From contig CAVTTN010000002.1 in NCBI GenBank assembly GCA_963737655.1, positions 5,696,001 to 5,760,000 of the forward strand: 64,000 nt of DNA, written 5' to 3'. This document shows, in pieces, positions 29,502 to 39,868 of this stretch. The notes beneath the pieces are model-generated. The model did not search any database. It saw only the letters and a program-made list of their open reading frames with translations, and was not told the origin of the DNA. Source of the stretch: an uncultured Planctomycetota bacterium (GTDB lineage: Bacteria; Planctomycetota; Planctomycetia; Isosphaerales; Isosphaeraceae). A program made the position numbers and the translations under genes. Position 1 is the first letter of the stretch, and every line of letters starts with the position of its first letter.

Positions 29502-31331
29502 TCACTTCTCCTCGGCCAGCCAGCTCTTGGCCGTCCGGTAGGAGGAGGAGGCGTAGTACTTCGTCACGATTTCGCGGGCCCTGGCGAACCCGTCGGGCCG
29601 CCGGCCCTGGTTGAAGGCGGCGAGGGCCTCGTTGATGAGCTTCTGGGCCGGGGCGTCCTGCTCCTTGCGGAGCTTGCCGAAGGCCGCCATCAGGCCCTTC
29701 GCGGCGTCGGCGCCTCCGTAGTCGCTGCGGAACGCGAGGAACTCGTCGATCCAGGAGCCGTCGGCGTTCTTCTCGACCTTCGCCAGCAGCGCCCTGGCCT
29801 TCGGGGCGGCCTCGGCGTCGATCTTCCCGGCGATCGCGTCAGCCTTGGCCTTCTCGGCCGGGCCGAGCTTCAAAGACCGGGCGCGATCCAGGGCGGCGAT
29901 CGCGTCTCGCGGCCTCTTCTCCTTCAGGCTCGATTCGGCGAAGGCCAGGAGCTTCGCCGGGTCCTCGCTCGTCAGGGCCTCCAGCCAGAGGATTGCCGAA
30001 TCCACCGGCAGGAGCGCGAACATGTGCCCTGATCGATCATTCGTGAACAGCCGCAACGCCGGCCATCCGGCGTCGTCGAACGACTTGTCGGCGTCGTCGC
30101 TCATCGAGAACGACACGACCGGGTCGTTCTTGGCGTGGACGATCGCCAACGGGACGCGCCTCTGGGCCTCCTTCAACGCCTCGTCGGCGAACACCGAGGG
30201 CTCGGCCTGCATGATCAGCCCGCAGGAGATCGGGAACGCCCCGGCGATCGCCTCGGGCGAATTCATGAGGAGGCTGTACGTCAGGAACCCGCCCTGAGAA
30301 TGCCCTCCGACGAAGTACGACTTGATCGGATACGCCTTCTTGAGTTCGTTCATCGCTTCCAGGACCAGCGCCGGGCTCTCGCGGTCGGTCCCGGGGAAGC
30401 CCCGGTAGGTGCTCTTCCCCATGAAGTTCACGTAGGTGTAATTGAACGCCGTGGCGTCCTTCGCGATGTTCGAGGCGGACTCGCCGTTGATCCCCAGGAG
30501 GATGTATCGCCTGGCGATCTCGGGCCAGGCCTGGGCGATCGTGTTCACGTAGGCCAGCCCGTTCATGTTCGAGCCGTGGAGGATCACGATCGCCGGCCAT
30601 TTCCTGCCGTCGCCGGGCCTGTAGCCCTCGGGGGCGCGGACGGTGTAGGTCAGGAGGTTGGAGGTCGAGCCGTCCACGAGCTTGCCGGCGACCGGGGGGG
30701 CGAGCCTGGCGTATTCGGGGGCCTTGCGGCCCTTCCAGGGGGACCACGAGCCGGGGCCGTCGGGGCCGCTGGCCCCGGAGATCGCCTCGCCGGACTTGTC
30801 CAGGTCGAACCAGCCGGGGCCGGGCCGGGCGGTCAGGTAGCGGAAATCCAGGTGCCGGCCCTTCGCCGTGCCCTCGATCCCGGTCGTCCCCCGGATCGCG
30901 TACCGGCCCTTGACCTTGTCGCCGTCCTGGGAGAGCTCCATCAGGCCGTTGTCCGTGAGCCAGAGGCCGGAGAAATCGGCGAGCTTGCCCTCGGAGGCCG
31001 CCGGGTCGGGCCTCCAGCCGTTCCAGAACCCCCGACGCCCCCCCCGGATCTGGAACGTCCCGCCGTAGGACGCGCCCGAGGGGTCGAGGGTGAAGGTGGC
31101 GTCCCCCTTCACCTGCCCCTCGTCGTATTCCATCTTGAGCACATTGTCGGTGACTTTCCCCTTGATGGGGAACTGGCCGTTCACGCCGAACGAGCCGGTC
31201 ACGGCGTCGCCGTCCTGCTTCAGCGAGACGGTCCCGAACGTGGTCTTCCACGACCCGGCGAACGAGGCGGGCTGGGAGGCCTGGGCCGGGCCCGCGGCGA
31301 TCGTCAGGAGGAGGGCGAGGGACGGAGTCAT
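29502..31331 (-). CDS. Secreted alpha/beta hydrolase (esterase) with duplicated N-terminal beta domain
   Basis: Signal peptide; FAGSWKTTFG..L.QDGD / FSGLWLTDNG..L.QDGD repeat; VILHG, GHSQGG, HAKNDPVV. Confidence 0.8.
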   Translation of the reverse strand: MTPSLALLLTIAAGPAQASQPASFAGSWKTTFGTVSLKQDGDAVTGSFGVNGQFPIKGKVTDNVLKMEYDEGQVKGDATFTLDPSGASYGGTFQIRGGRRGFWNGWRPDPAASEGKLADFSGLWLTDNGLMELSQDGDKVKGRYAIRGTTGIEGTAKGRHLDFRYLTARPGPGWFDLDKSGEAISGASGPDGPGSWSPWKGRKAPEYARLAPPVAGKLVDGSTSNLLTYTVRAPEGYRPGDGRKWPAIVILHGSNMNGLAYVNTIAQAWPEIARRYILLGINGESASNIAKDATAFNYTYVNFMGKSTYRGFPGTDRESPALVLEAMNELKKAYPIKSYFVGGHSQGGFLTYSLLMNSPEAIAGAFPISCGLIMQAEPSVFADEALKEAQRRVPLAIVHAKNDPVVSFSMSDDADKSFDDAGWPALRLFTNDRSGHMFALLPVDSAILWLEALTSEDPAKLLAFAESSLKEKRPRDAIAALDRARSLKLGPAEKAKADAIAGKIDAEAAPKARALLAKVEKNADGSWIDEFLAFRSDYGGADAAKGLMAAFGKLRKEQDAPAQKLINEALAAFNQGRRPDGFARAREIVTKYYASSSYRTAKSWLAEEK

Positions 31332-31443
31332 CGGGAAATCCCTGCATGAACCCATGATCGCCCCGCCCCGAGGGCGAGGTCGGTCATGCAGGGTAATCGG
31401 GCGGCCGTGGGGCCCGCAAACGAATTCCTTCGCCGATCGCGAA

Positions 31444-32415
31444 TCAGGCCCGGGGGCGGCCGATTCGCCTCCTGGTCGCGGCGGCCGCGGCGATCAGGGC
31501 GAAGACCGCGACCGAGGCGGGCTCGGGGACCGTGGATGCCACGACCGGCGGAGGCGTCGAGGGGCCGGGGTCGGTCGAGGGGCTCGGGTCGATCGTCGGC
31601 ACGCCCAGGCCGGTCGGCGACAGCAGGACCTCGTGGATCAAATAACTCGGATCGCTGGCGAACCGGCCATACGCCGCGATCTGCCCCGAGGCGTTGATGC
31701 CGGTGGCCGAGACCAGGGTGAATCCGGGGATCGGCGCGATCAGGGAGTTCAGGTCGGCGAGGCCCTTGCCGTCGGAGAGGAAGGCGTGGAACGAGCCGGA
31801 GGCCGTCTGCCCCTCGCCGACGATCGTCCCCTGGTCGTTGATGGCGAAGGCGGAGGTCTCGGCCCCTCCGAAGGAGCCGAGATCGACCATCCGGCCCGAG
31901 GAATCGGTGGCGTAGGCGTGGACGGAGCCGGTCGAGACCGGGCCGGACTGCGCCGACGACCCGCCCGGCGTCGTTGACGCCCCAGGCCGCGCTGAAGGCC
32001 GTCCCGGGGCCGAGGTCCAGCGTCCCGACGGCCGAGGCCGTTCCGCCCGAGGCGACGAACCCGGCCCAGGGAGCGTAGGGGGTCGAATCGGCGAAGGCGG
32101 TCCCGACGACGTAAGAGCCGTTGGGCGACGAGAATCCGGGGGTCCCGGACAGCGGCCTCATCCCCGCCGGCAGCGGCCCGGAATAGGCCGGAGGGGCCCC
32201 GAGCCGTCGTCGGTGATCGTGCCCGAGGCGTCGATCCGCAGGAAGTCCTGGCCAAACAGGTTGGCGGTCTCGGCCTGGTTGCTGCCGACGGTCCTCACGT
32301 CGGTCACCGAATAGCTCGGCGAGGGCATGGCGTCGGCCGAGGCCCGGCCCGCGATCGAGGCGACGAGCAAGACGGCCGGGACCAGCGAACGGAGACGACG
32401 GCGAAGGCGGCTCAT
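31444..32415 (-). CDS. HAF-repeat extracellular protein with PEP-CTERM; at least two frameshifts (near 32190 and 31945)
   Basis: Signal peptide, YSVTD, AWGVNDAGRVVG, AFAINDQGTIVG, HAFL, VPEPAS + TM + RRR. Confidence 0.75.
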
Positions 32416-32648
32416 GGGGCGATCCCTCCGTGGATCTCGGTCCAGACACGTCATCCTGCAATCATGGGAGCCGCCCGAGGATAGCCGGACCGCGCCGGCC
32501 CGTCAATCGCTCCATCCTCCGAGATCAGGGCCGTTTCCTCCTCGGCCGATGGGTCCTGGCCTAAGAATTCGCTCGCTCGATCGTCGGAGGGGAGAATCTC
32601 TCCGGCGAAACCGATCCTCCCACGACTCGTCACCGAAGGAGCGTCCCC

Positions 32649-33977
32649 ATGATGCCCGTCCTCTTCGTCCGGCTCCTGGGCTGCGTCTGGCCCCTGATCC
32701 CGGTCCTCCTGGCGCTCCTGATGGGTGCGACGGCCGAGGGCGAGGCGGTCCGAATCCTCGGGAAGGTCGTCGATGACGCCACCGGCAAGCCGATCCCGCA
32801 GTTCGTCGAGCAGGGCGGCCGGGTCGATCCGAAGGACCCCACGAAGGTCCAGTGGGGGTTCAGCGAAGGCCGGACCGAGGGCCCGAACGCCGATGGGATC
32901 TTCCGCGACGCGATCGACTGGGCCGGAGGAAGCCGGCTCCGCATCCTGGCCGACGGCTACCTCCCGCAACCCGTCCTGACCGAGGCCCCCACGCCCGGCG
33001 TCACCGAGATGGACGTGACGGTTCGCCTGAAGAGGGGCCGCGAGGTCGTCGGCAAGGTCCTGGACGGACAGGGCAAGCCGGTCGCGAAGACCTCGGTCTT
33101 CCTCGTCGGCAACCGCCCGGTGAACCTGACCGGAGGCCGGGCGGTCCGCGGGTTCGTCGGCGGAGACGACCCGACCGTCACCAAGACCGCCACCGACGCC
33201 GACGGTGCGTTCACCCTGACCGGCCTCGGCGACGACGAAACCTGGCGAGTGGCGGTCTCCGGCCCGACGATCGACCTCTGGGTCGTCCCCGCGCCGAAGG
33301 ACCATCGCCCGATGGAGGTCCGCCTCCCTCAGGCCGGCCGATTGACCATCAAGCTGGACATCCCCGGAGGAGGGCCCGAGGATCGGTTCTTGCTCCAGAT
33401 GAAGACCTATGAAATGCCCGGCTGGGAACAGATCGACAACCTCCGCGAGCCGTCGGCAAAGAACCCGGGCGAGGTCACCCTGGACGCCGTGGCGCCCGGG
33501 TCCTACGAGCTGACTCGCCAGAAGTTCCAGAAAGCCAACGGCAACACCTACAACCGCCTCTGCGACCGCCGGACGGTCGAGGTGAAAGCGGGCGAGACGG
33601 CCGTCTCGAGTTTCGTCCGGGACCGGGGAGCCATCGTCGAGGGGACAATCGAGGGGTTCGACCCGGCGAACGCGCCCGGGACGCTGGTCACGGTCAAGGA
33701 CGGCCAGGCCACCGGCAAGCCGTTCGCCATCCGCGAGATGAGCCTGCCGACCTTCGACTTCCTCACCGTCAAGGCCGACGGCCATTTTTCGACCGAACGC
33801 CTGATGCCGGGCGAGTATACGATCGTGGTCGAGGTGTTCATCCCGAAGCCCCGGGACGGCGCGTTCCGCTCCGGGATCGACGCGCCCGACTTCTTTGGCT
33901 CGGCGAAGGTGACCGTCCCGGCCCAGGGCAAGCCCGGGCCGGTCGCGATCCGGCTGAAAGGCCGGTCGAATCCCTGA
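32649..33977 (+). CDS. Secreted carboxypeptidase-regulatory-like domain protein
   Basis: GKVVDDATGKPI, GKVLDGQGKPV, TDADGAFTLTGL. Confidence 0.7.
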   Translation: MMPVLFVRLLGCVWPLIPVLLALLMGATAEGEAVRILGKVVDDATGKPIPQFVEQGGRVDPKDPTKVQWGFSEGRTEGPNADGIFRDAIDWAGGSRLRILADGYLPQPVLTEAPTPGVTEMDVTVRLKRGREVVGKVLDGQGKPVAKTSVFLVGNRPVNLTGGRAVRGFVGGDDPTVTKTATDADGAFTLTGLGDDETWRVAVSGPTIDLWVVPAPKDHRPMEVRLPQAGRLTIKLDIPGGGPEDRFLLQMKTYEMPGWEQIDNLREPSAKNPGEVTLDAVAPGSYELTRQKFQKANGNTYNRLCDRRTVEVKAGETAVSSFVRDRGAIVEGTIEGFDPANAPGTLVTVKDGQATGKPFAIREMSLPTFDFLTVKADGHFSTERLMPGEYTIVVEVFIPKPRDGAFRSGIDAPDFFGSAKVTVPAQGKPGPVAIRLKGRSNP

Positions 33978-33989
33978 AACGGGCCCTAC

Positions 33990-34613
33990 CTACAGGGCCA
34001 GGTCGTGCTGGATTCGGCTCAGGATGACCTGTTCGAGCTTGTTGTCCCGGCCCCGGGGGGTCCACTGGATCGGCAGGGGGACCGGCCCGACGACTTCCCG
34101 GGTCCGGTTGATCGGGAACGGGCTGTTGAAGACGGCCCGGGCGCCGAGCTGGCCATAGGGCTTGGCCAGGTCCTCGATCTGCTTGTAGACCTCGACCTTC
34201 ACGGCGATCCCCCCGCCGGGATTCGGCTTGATCGAGACCTGGGCGAACCGGCGGATCGTCTGCAAGGTCGATTCGAAGCGTTCCTCGAAATCGACGGAGT
34301 CCCCCGCCCAGGGCTCGAAGATCGTCGAGCCGACCAGGGGCTGGGTGACGATCGTCCCGGCCAGCCGGTCTTCCGAGGCGATCGGGAAATACTCGTCGAG
34401 GACCACGACGACCTCGTTCCAGACGACCTCGCGATCGGCGATCGGCACGACCAGGGGGTTGGGCGCGATCGTCCGGCTCGCGAACGGCAGGGGCGGGATG
34501 ACGACCGTGGGCATCGAGGGCCTGGGGATCGTCGCGGGGAGCATCGAGCAGCCCGGGGCGGGCCCGAGGACGGCCAGGGCCGCCAGCCCGGAGCCGATCG
34601 TCCTGATCCTCAT
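33990..34613 (-). CDS. Hypothetical lipoprotein
   Basis: Lipobox APGC; PNPLVVP, ESTLQTIRR, GRDNKLEQVIL. Confidence 0.7.
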   Translation of the reverse strand: MRIRTIGSGLAALAVLGPAPGCSMLPATIPRPSMPTVVIPPLPFASRTIAPNPLVVPIADREVVWNEVVVVLDEYFPIASEDRLAGTIVTQPLVGSTIFEPWAGDSVDFEERFESTLQTIRRFAQVSIKPNPGGGIAVKVEVYKQIEDLAKPYGQLGARAVFNSPFPINRTREVVGPVPLPIQWTPRGRDNKLEQVILSRIQHDLAL

Positions 34614-34864
34614 GGCGGGCCCTCGCTCCCTCGCTCGGGGTCTTCCGGAATCGCACTCGACGGCCCGGGATTCGGGCAAGCAAGATGGGCAAGCGAGCGC
34701 AGGGTGTCGGCCGGTCGAGGCGACGTGAGGCCCGCATCCTACAAATTCGCGCGATCCGGGCAAGGGCGAAATCCGCAGGGCCGCCGAAATCGGTGGCCTC
34801 AGGACCGGGGCCCGGCCCATCCCAAGGACCGTCTCGTCCTCGGCCGAGGATTTCTCGGAAACGG

Positions 34865-34944
34865 TTTGGGTGACACGGGTTCCGTCCCCGGGACCCGTGG
34901 ACCGTCCCTTACGGGTCCCGGGGACGGAACCCGTGTTACCCAAA
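34865..34944. repeat. 34-bp inverted repeat between divergent genes
   Basis: TTTGGGTGACACGGGTTCCGTCCCCGGGACCCGT and its near-perfect complement (one mismatch). Confidence 0.8.
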
Positions 34945-35113
34945 ACCCTTGCGGCCTCCGGACGAGGAGATGGCCCTCCGGGGCTTCGCGTGTCCCACAA
35001 TCTTCGTTGACTCGGCGCGGGCGGACTCCTATTCTGGTCGGAATGCTTTCGCGATGACACCCTGGCCGCGGGCCGGGGCCGCGCGAATGCGGCAGTCGGT
35101 TCGGAGAATCTTC

Positions 35114-36160
35114 ATGCTTCGCAACGCGACGCGATGGGCGACGTTGGCGGTCGTGTGCGCCCTGACGGCGGGGGCTTCGGCGGCGGATCGCTCGGCCAAG
35201 GAGATCCTCGACGAGATCAAGCCGTTGCTGACCCAGAGGATCACCACCCAGAAGCAGTTCGACCAGGTCAACGCCAAGAAGATCGCGCTGGTCGAGGAGC
35301 TCCGCAAGGTCGATCCCGAGAACGCCGAGCTGCCCAAGCTCCTGCCGGCCCGGTGGCAGGCCCTGGCCGCGACCGGCAAGGCCGACGAGGCGATGAAGGA
35401 GATCGACGAGGCCCTGCCCAAGGCCAAGGACGACGAGGTCAAGAAGGGCTACCTCGCCGCCAAGGTCATGGTCCTGCTCCGCCAGGACGACGCCAACCCC
35501 GACGCCTTCGCCTCGACCGTCGAGGACTACCTGAAGCTCGCGCCGAAGGACCCCAACGGCGGCCCCTTCCTCTACATGGCCTCCAAGGCCCAGACCGACA
35601 ACGCCAAGCGAGACGCCCTGGAAGACCGCGCCCTGAAGGACTTCCCCCAGAGCCCGTACAACCGGATGATCGAGACCGGCCGGAAGATGAGGGCGATGAT
35701 CGGCAAGCCCTTCAACCTGGAGTTCACCGACGCGATCAAGGGCAACACCGTCTCGATGAAGGACCTCCGCGGCAAGGTCGTCGTCGTCGATTTCTGGGCC
35801 ACCTGGTGCGGCCCCTGCGTCGACGAGATGCCCAAGATGAAGAAGCTCTACGCCGAGTTCAAGGACAAGGGCGTGGAGTTCGTCGGCGTGAGCCTCGACC
35901 AGTCCAAGGAGAAGGGCGGCCTGGACGCCCTCAAGAAGTTCGTCGAGAAGAACGAGATCGGCTGGCCCCAGTACTACCAGGGTAACTACTGGCAGAGCGA
36001 GTTCTCGGCCTCGCTGGGCATCAACTCGATCCCCTGCGTCTTCATCGTCGATGCCGACGGCAACCTCTACTCGACCGAGGCCCGGGGCAAGCTCGACACG
36101 CTGATCCCGATGCTCCTGAAGAAGGGCCGGACCGCCGACGGCGCCGGCGGCGGCTTCTGA
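35114..36160 (+). CDS. Secreted TlpA-family thiol-disulfide reductase
   Basis: Signal peptide, DFWATWCGPCVDEMP, GVSLD. Confidence 0.88.
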   Translation: MLRNATRWATLAVVCALTAGASAADRSAKEILDEIKPLLTQRITTQKQFDQVNAKKIALVEELRKVDPENAELPKLLPARWQALAATGKADEAMKEIDEALPKAKDDEVKKGYLAAKVMVLLRQDDANPDAFASTVEDYLKLAPKDPNGGPFLYMASKAQTDNAKRDALEDRALKDFPQSPYNRMIETGRKMRAMIGKPFNLEFTDAIKGNTVSMKDLRGKVVVVDFWATWCGPCVDEMPKMKKLYAEFKDKGVEFVGVSLDQSKEKGGLDALKKFVEKNEIGWPQYYQGNYWQSEFSASLGINSIPCVFIVDADGNLYSTEARGKLDTLIPMLLKKGRTADGAGGGF

Positions 36161-36184
36161 GCGAGGAGGCATCCGCGCCTTCCG

Positions 36185-36300
36185 CCCTCTCCCCCGCCTC
36201 GGGGGAGAGGGTCGTCGGGTGGCATGCCCACGTCTCCGTGGGCAGGTCTCCGGCCGATGATCGGGCCCCGCACATGCCCACGAAGACGTGGGCATGCCGC
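36185..36300. repeat. CCCTCTCCC..GGGAGAGGG hairpin followed by family A doublet
   Basis: 36185-36211 CCCTCTCCCCCGCCTCGGGGGAGAGGG; 36219-36300 GTGGCATGCCCACG units. Confidence 0.8.
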
Positions 36301-36348
36301 CCAGGCCCCGATCCTTCGAGAGACGCTCCGGGCGGTTCGTCCCGGGCC

Positions 36349-38520
36349 TCAGGCCCGGATCGGCATCGCCCTCGCCCGCGACCCCGTCGCGGCGAACACC
36401 GCGTTGGCGATCGCCGGGGCCACGGCGATCACGGGCGTCTCGCCCGCCCCGGCCGAGGGCAGGTCGGGCCGGTCGATCAGGTGGATCTTGAGCTCGGGGA
36501 CGTCCTCGAACCGGGGGACGCGGTACTTGCCGAACGTCGCGTTGCGGACCTTGCCGCCCTCGAACGTCATCGCCTCGCGCAGGGCCGGGCCCAGGGCCAT
36601 GATCAGCCCGCCCTGGACCTGCGTCATCAGGCCCGACGGGTTGACGATCTTGCCGCATTCATACGCCTGGCAGACCGTCTTGACGGCGATGGCGCCGGCC
36701 TCGACGGCCACCTCCACGCACGCCGCGACGAACGAGCCCTTGTCCGTCCCGCAGGCCAGGCCGACGCCGGTCCCCGCCTTCTTCTCCTTCGACCGCTCGG
36801 CCCAGGCGAACTCCTTCGCGGCCTTCTCCAGGACGCTCCGGAGCCGGCCGTCGTCCAGGTGCGCGAGCCGGAATTCCAGGGGGTCGCGGCCGGCGAGCCC
36901 GGCCAGTTCGTCCATGAAGCATTCGCGGCCGAACGTGTTCGCCGTGGCCGCCAGGGCCCGATACGAGCCGTGACGCAACGGCGGGTCCGACGCGACGAAC
37001 TGGCCTCGCGACCTCGCCACCCGGTACGGCGACTGGACCTCCTGCGCCCCGCTGTTCACGTTCACGAAGAACCAGGACGCGATCTTGCCCGAGTCGTCCA
37101 GCGACGCCTCGGCCTCGATCGCCGCGGCGGGGCGGAACTGGGCCCAGGTGAACTCCTCTTCACGGGTCCACCGGAGGGTGACCGGCTTCCCCGCCCCCTT
37201 CGCCAGCTTCGCGGCCTCGACGGCGCACTCGCCGGGGTGCTTGCCGCCGAACCCCCCGCCGAAATCCGGGACGATCACGCGGACTTTCCCCTCGGGCAGG
37301 CCGAACGCCCGGACCAGCTCGCCCTTGACCCCGAACGGCACCTGAGACCCCGTCCAGACCGTCACCCCGTCGCCCGACCACTCCGCGACCGCCGCCCGGG
37401 GCTCCATCGGCGCGTGCTGGACATACGCCACGTCGTACGACCGGCGGAGCTTCTTCGAGGCCTTCGCCACCTCGTCGGCGAACGGGTTGGCCGGCAGGCC
37501 GCCCCGGGCATGCTGGCGCAAATATTCGAACAATTCCGCGCTCGACGGATGCGGCGACGACTCCCATTTCGCGGTCGCCGCGACGGCCTCGATCGCCTTC
37601 TGGGCCGAGAACGCCGTCGGAGCGGCCACCCCGACGAAGTCGCCGTCCTTCACGACGACCGCGCCCTCGATCTTCTTCGCCGGTTCGAGGTCGATCGAGG
37701 CGAGCTTCGCGCCGAACGAAGGCGGCCGGAGCACCCGGCCGTGAAGCATCCCGGGCCGGGCGATGTCTGACGGGTAGGAATGCGATCCCGTGACGATCTC
37801 GCGACCGTTCGGCCTCGCGACGGGCGTCCCCAGGACGGTCCAGTCCTCGACGGCGGTGAGGTTCACGCCCTGCGGGGCGGCTCTTTCCAGGCCCTTGGCG
37901 GCCTCGGCGTCGGCGGCGAGGTCGGCATAGGAGAGGGGCGGGTTCGCGTCCCGGCCGTCGTGGGCCCGGCCGTCGCGGACGGCGATCACGCCCAGGCCCA
38001 CGCCCCACGTCCTCGCGGCGAAGGCGGCGAGGAGCTCGCGGGCGGCGGCGCATCCCTGGCGGATCGCCGGGACGGTCGAGGGGGTCGAGCGGCTGCCGAA
38101 CGTCCCGCCGTCGTCGGGCACGAGCGACGTGTCGGCCATCACGAGCCGGACGCGGTCGGCGGGGACCCGCAATTCCTCGGCGGCGGCCTGGGTGAGCTCG
38201 GCCCGGGCCCCCTGGCCGCATTCGACCTTGCCGGTCATCACGGTCAAGGTGCCGTCCCGGCCGATGTGGAGACGGGCGGCGAGGGTCGTCGCCCCCCGGC
38301 CCATCATCCCGCCTCCGCCCCGGTTCCGCCCGCCCGGCCCTTGCTGGGCGGCCGCTCCGCCGGCCGAGACGGCGACCACCAGCCCGGCGCCGAGCATCCC
38401 GAGAACATCGCGGCGATTGGGGCCGTCAACCTCGGAGAAGTGGAATTCGACGCGGTCGAACTCCTCTTCATCGGTCGAATCGAGGTCGCGGAGGCTCGCC
38501 CTGCGGTCCGGTGAGATCAT
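36349..38520 (-). CDS. Xanthine dehydrogenase-family molybdopterin subunit (IorB-like)
   Basis: Tat-like RRDVL, GKVECGQG, GGTFGSRS, HAPMEP, GGGFGGK, GAGETPV. Confidence 0.9.
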   Translation of the reverse strand: MISPDRRASLRDLDSTDEEEFDRVEFHFSEVDGPNRRDVLGMLGAGLVVAVSAGGAAAQQGPGGRNRGGGGMMGRGATTLAARLHIGRDGTLTVMTGKVECGQGARAELTQAAAEELRVPADRVRLVMADTSLVPDDGGTFGSRSTPSTVPAIRQGCAAARELLAAFAARTWGVGLGVIAVRDGRAHDGRDANPPLSYADLAADAEAAKGLERAAPQGVNLTAVEDWTVLGTPVARPNGREIVTGSHSYPSDIARPGMLHGRVLRPPSFGAKLASIDLEPAKKIEGAVVVKDGDFVGVAAPTAFSAQKAIEAVAATAKWESSPHPSSAELFEYLRQHARGGLPANPFADEVAKASKKLRRSYDVAYVQHAPMEPRAAVAEWSGDGVTVWTGSQVPFGVKGELVRAFGLPEGKVRVIVPDFGGGFGGKHPGECAVEAAKLAKGAGKPVTLRWTREEEFTWAQFRPAAAIEAEASLDDSGKIASWFFVNVNSGAQEVQSPYRVARSRGQFVASDPPLRHGSYRALAATANTFGRECFMDELAGLAGRDPLEFRLAHLDDGRLRSVLEKAAKEFAWAERSKEKKAGTGVGLACGTDKGSFVAACVEVAVEAGAIAVKTVCQAYECGKIVNPSGLMTQVQGGLIMALGPALREAMTFEGGKVRNATFGKYRVPRFEDVPELKIHLIDRPDLPSAGAGETPVIAVAPAIANAVFAATGSRARAMPIRA

Positions 38521-38524
38521 GGCG

Positions 38525-39013
38525 TCACCTCCCCCCCTTCGCGGAGGCCAGGGCCGAGGCGCGGCGGACGGCCTCGACGATCTTCGGATAGCTGCAACAC
38601 CGGCAGATGTTCCGATTCATGCCCTCGACGATCTGGGGATCGGTGGGGTGAGGGGTCTCGGCCAGGAGGGCGACCGCCGCGACGATCATCCCGGGCGTGC
38701 AATAGCCGCACTGGAACGCCCCGTCGGCCAGGAACGCTTGCTGGACCGGGTGGAGCGCCTCGCCCGTCGAAAGCCCCTCGATGGTGACGACGGACTTCCC
38801 CTGGGCCCGGGAGGCGGGGGTCCGGCACGAGAAGGCCCGCTTGCCGTCGATCAGGACGGAGCAGGCGCCGCACTGGCTCTCCCCGCAGCCGAACTTGGTG
38901 CCGGTCAGGCCGAGGTCTTCGCGGAGGACGTCCAGCAAGGGCCGGTCGGGCTCGGTCCGGACCGAGCGCCTCTGGCCGTTGACGGTCATCTCGATCGTGG
39001 CGGCGGCTTCCAT
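38525..39013 (-). CDS. 2Fe-2S small subunit (IorA/CoxS-like)
   Basis: GTKFGCGESQCGACSV, QCGYCTPG, NICRCCSY. Confidence 0.93.
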   Translation of the reverse strand: MEAAATIEMTVNGQRRSVRTEPDRPLLDVLREDLGLTGTKFGCGESQCGACSVLIDGKRAFSCRTPASRAQGKSVVTIEGLSTGEALHPVQQAFLADGAFQCGYCTPGMIVAAVALLAETPHPTDPQIVEGMNRNICRCCSYPKIVEAVRRASALASAKGGR

Positions 39014-39113
39014 CCGGTCCCCTCCTTCAGAAGGCGGGGACCGCTCGGCCCCGCGATCCGAGGATCGCCGGTCGGGGCCGGCAATGCAAGGGGTCAAGCG
39101 GGCTGTCGATGGT

Positions 39114-39165
39114 CGAAACCCGGGTGGCATGCTGACGAAGCCTTAAGCATGCCACCCGGGTTTCG
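39114..39165. repeat. Family A-related 20-bp perfect inverted repeat (possible terminator)
   Basis: CGAAACCCGGGTGGCATGCT ... AGCATGCCACCCGGGTTTCG. Confidence 0.75.
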
Positions 39166-39173
39166 TCCGACGG

Positions 39174-39716
39174 CTACCGCCCCTTGGCCCGGGCCGCCTT
39201 GGCCTTCGAGGCCCCTTTTTTCGCCCTCGGCGCCGGGGCGGCCTGGGGAGGGGGGGTGGCCTGACCCTGAAGGGCGAGGATCGTGGCGTCGTCGGCGAAG
39301 CCCATGCGTCCGGGCTGGGGCCCGAAGCCGCCGAGGCCGACGTTGGCGAACCCCCCGGCGCCGATGCCTCCGGCCCCTCCGCCTCCGCCGAGGCCTCCGC
39401 CGCCGAATCCGCCGCCAAAGCCTCCGCCGAGGCCGCCACCGCCACCTCCGCCGCCGCCGCCTCCGAAGCCGCCCCGGACGACGGCCGGGACGGTGAAGTT
39501 GTCGAACTCGGTCACGGCGATGAATTGCGGGCTCAGGGCCATCCTCACATAGCGGCGATCGGCCGAGACGACCGGGACGACGCTAAACGTGACGCCGTCG
39601 GGGATCTGGCCGATCACCGGGGCATACCCGACGGACGACTGGGCCCGGGAGGCCGTCGGCAAGAGCAGGCCGGTGGCGATCGCGGCCATCCCCAGGCAGA
39701 TTCGCAAGCCCTTCAT
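39174..39716 (-). CDS. Small secreted Gly-rich protein with a secretin-like beta segment
   Basis: Signal peptide; GVTFSVVPVVSADRRYVRMALSPQF; poly-Gly. Confidence 0.7.
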   Translation of the reverse strand: MKGLRICLGMAAIATGLLLPTASRAQSSVGYAPVIGQIPDGVTFSVVPVVSADRRYVRMALSPQFIAVTEFDNFTVPAVVRGGFGGGGGGGGGGGLGGGFGGGFGGGGLGGGGGAGGIGAGGFANVGLGGFGPQPGRMGFADDATILALQGQATPPPQAAPAPRAKKGASKAKAARAKGR

Positions 39717-39840
39717 CGACCGGCCTCCCGTTCCGAGTCTGTCTGGCGGACGCCTCGGGCAAGATCGACCCGACCTCACGCACCCCATCCATTATGATCG
39801 CGATCGGCGTGCCGGGGAAGGGAGGACCCGGGGCGGCCTC

Positions 39841-39868
39841 GCACTCATCGATCAAGCAGGACGCGCAT
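39841..39868 (-). pseudogene. Remnant of a DUF5615 PIN-like toxin start
   Basis: ATG CGC GTC CTG CTT GAT CGA TGA GTG C overlaps the DUF433 3' end; removing a small insertion gives MRVLLDEC. Confidence 0.5.
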
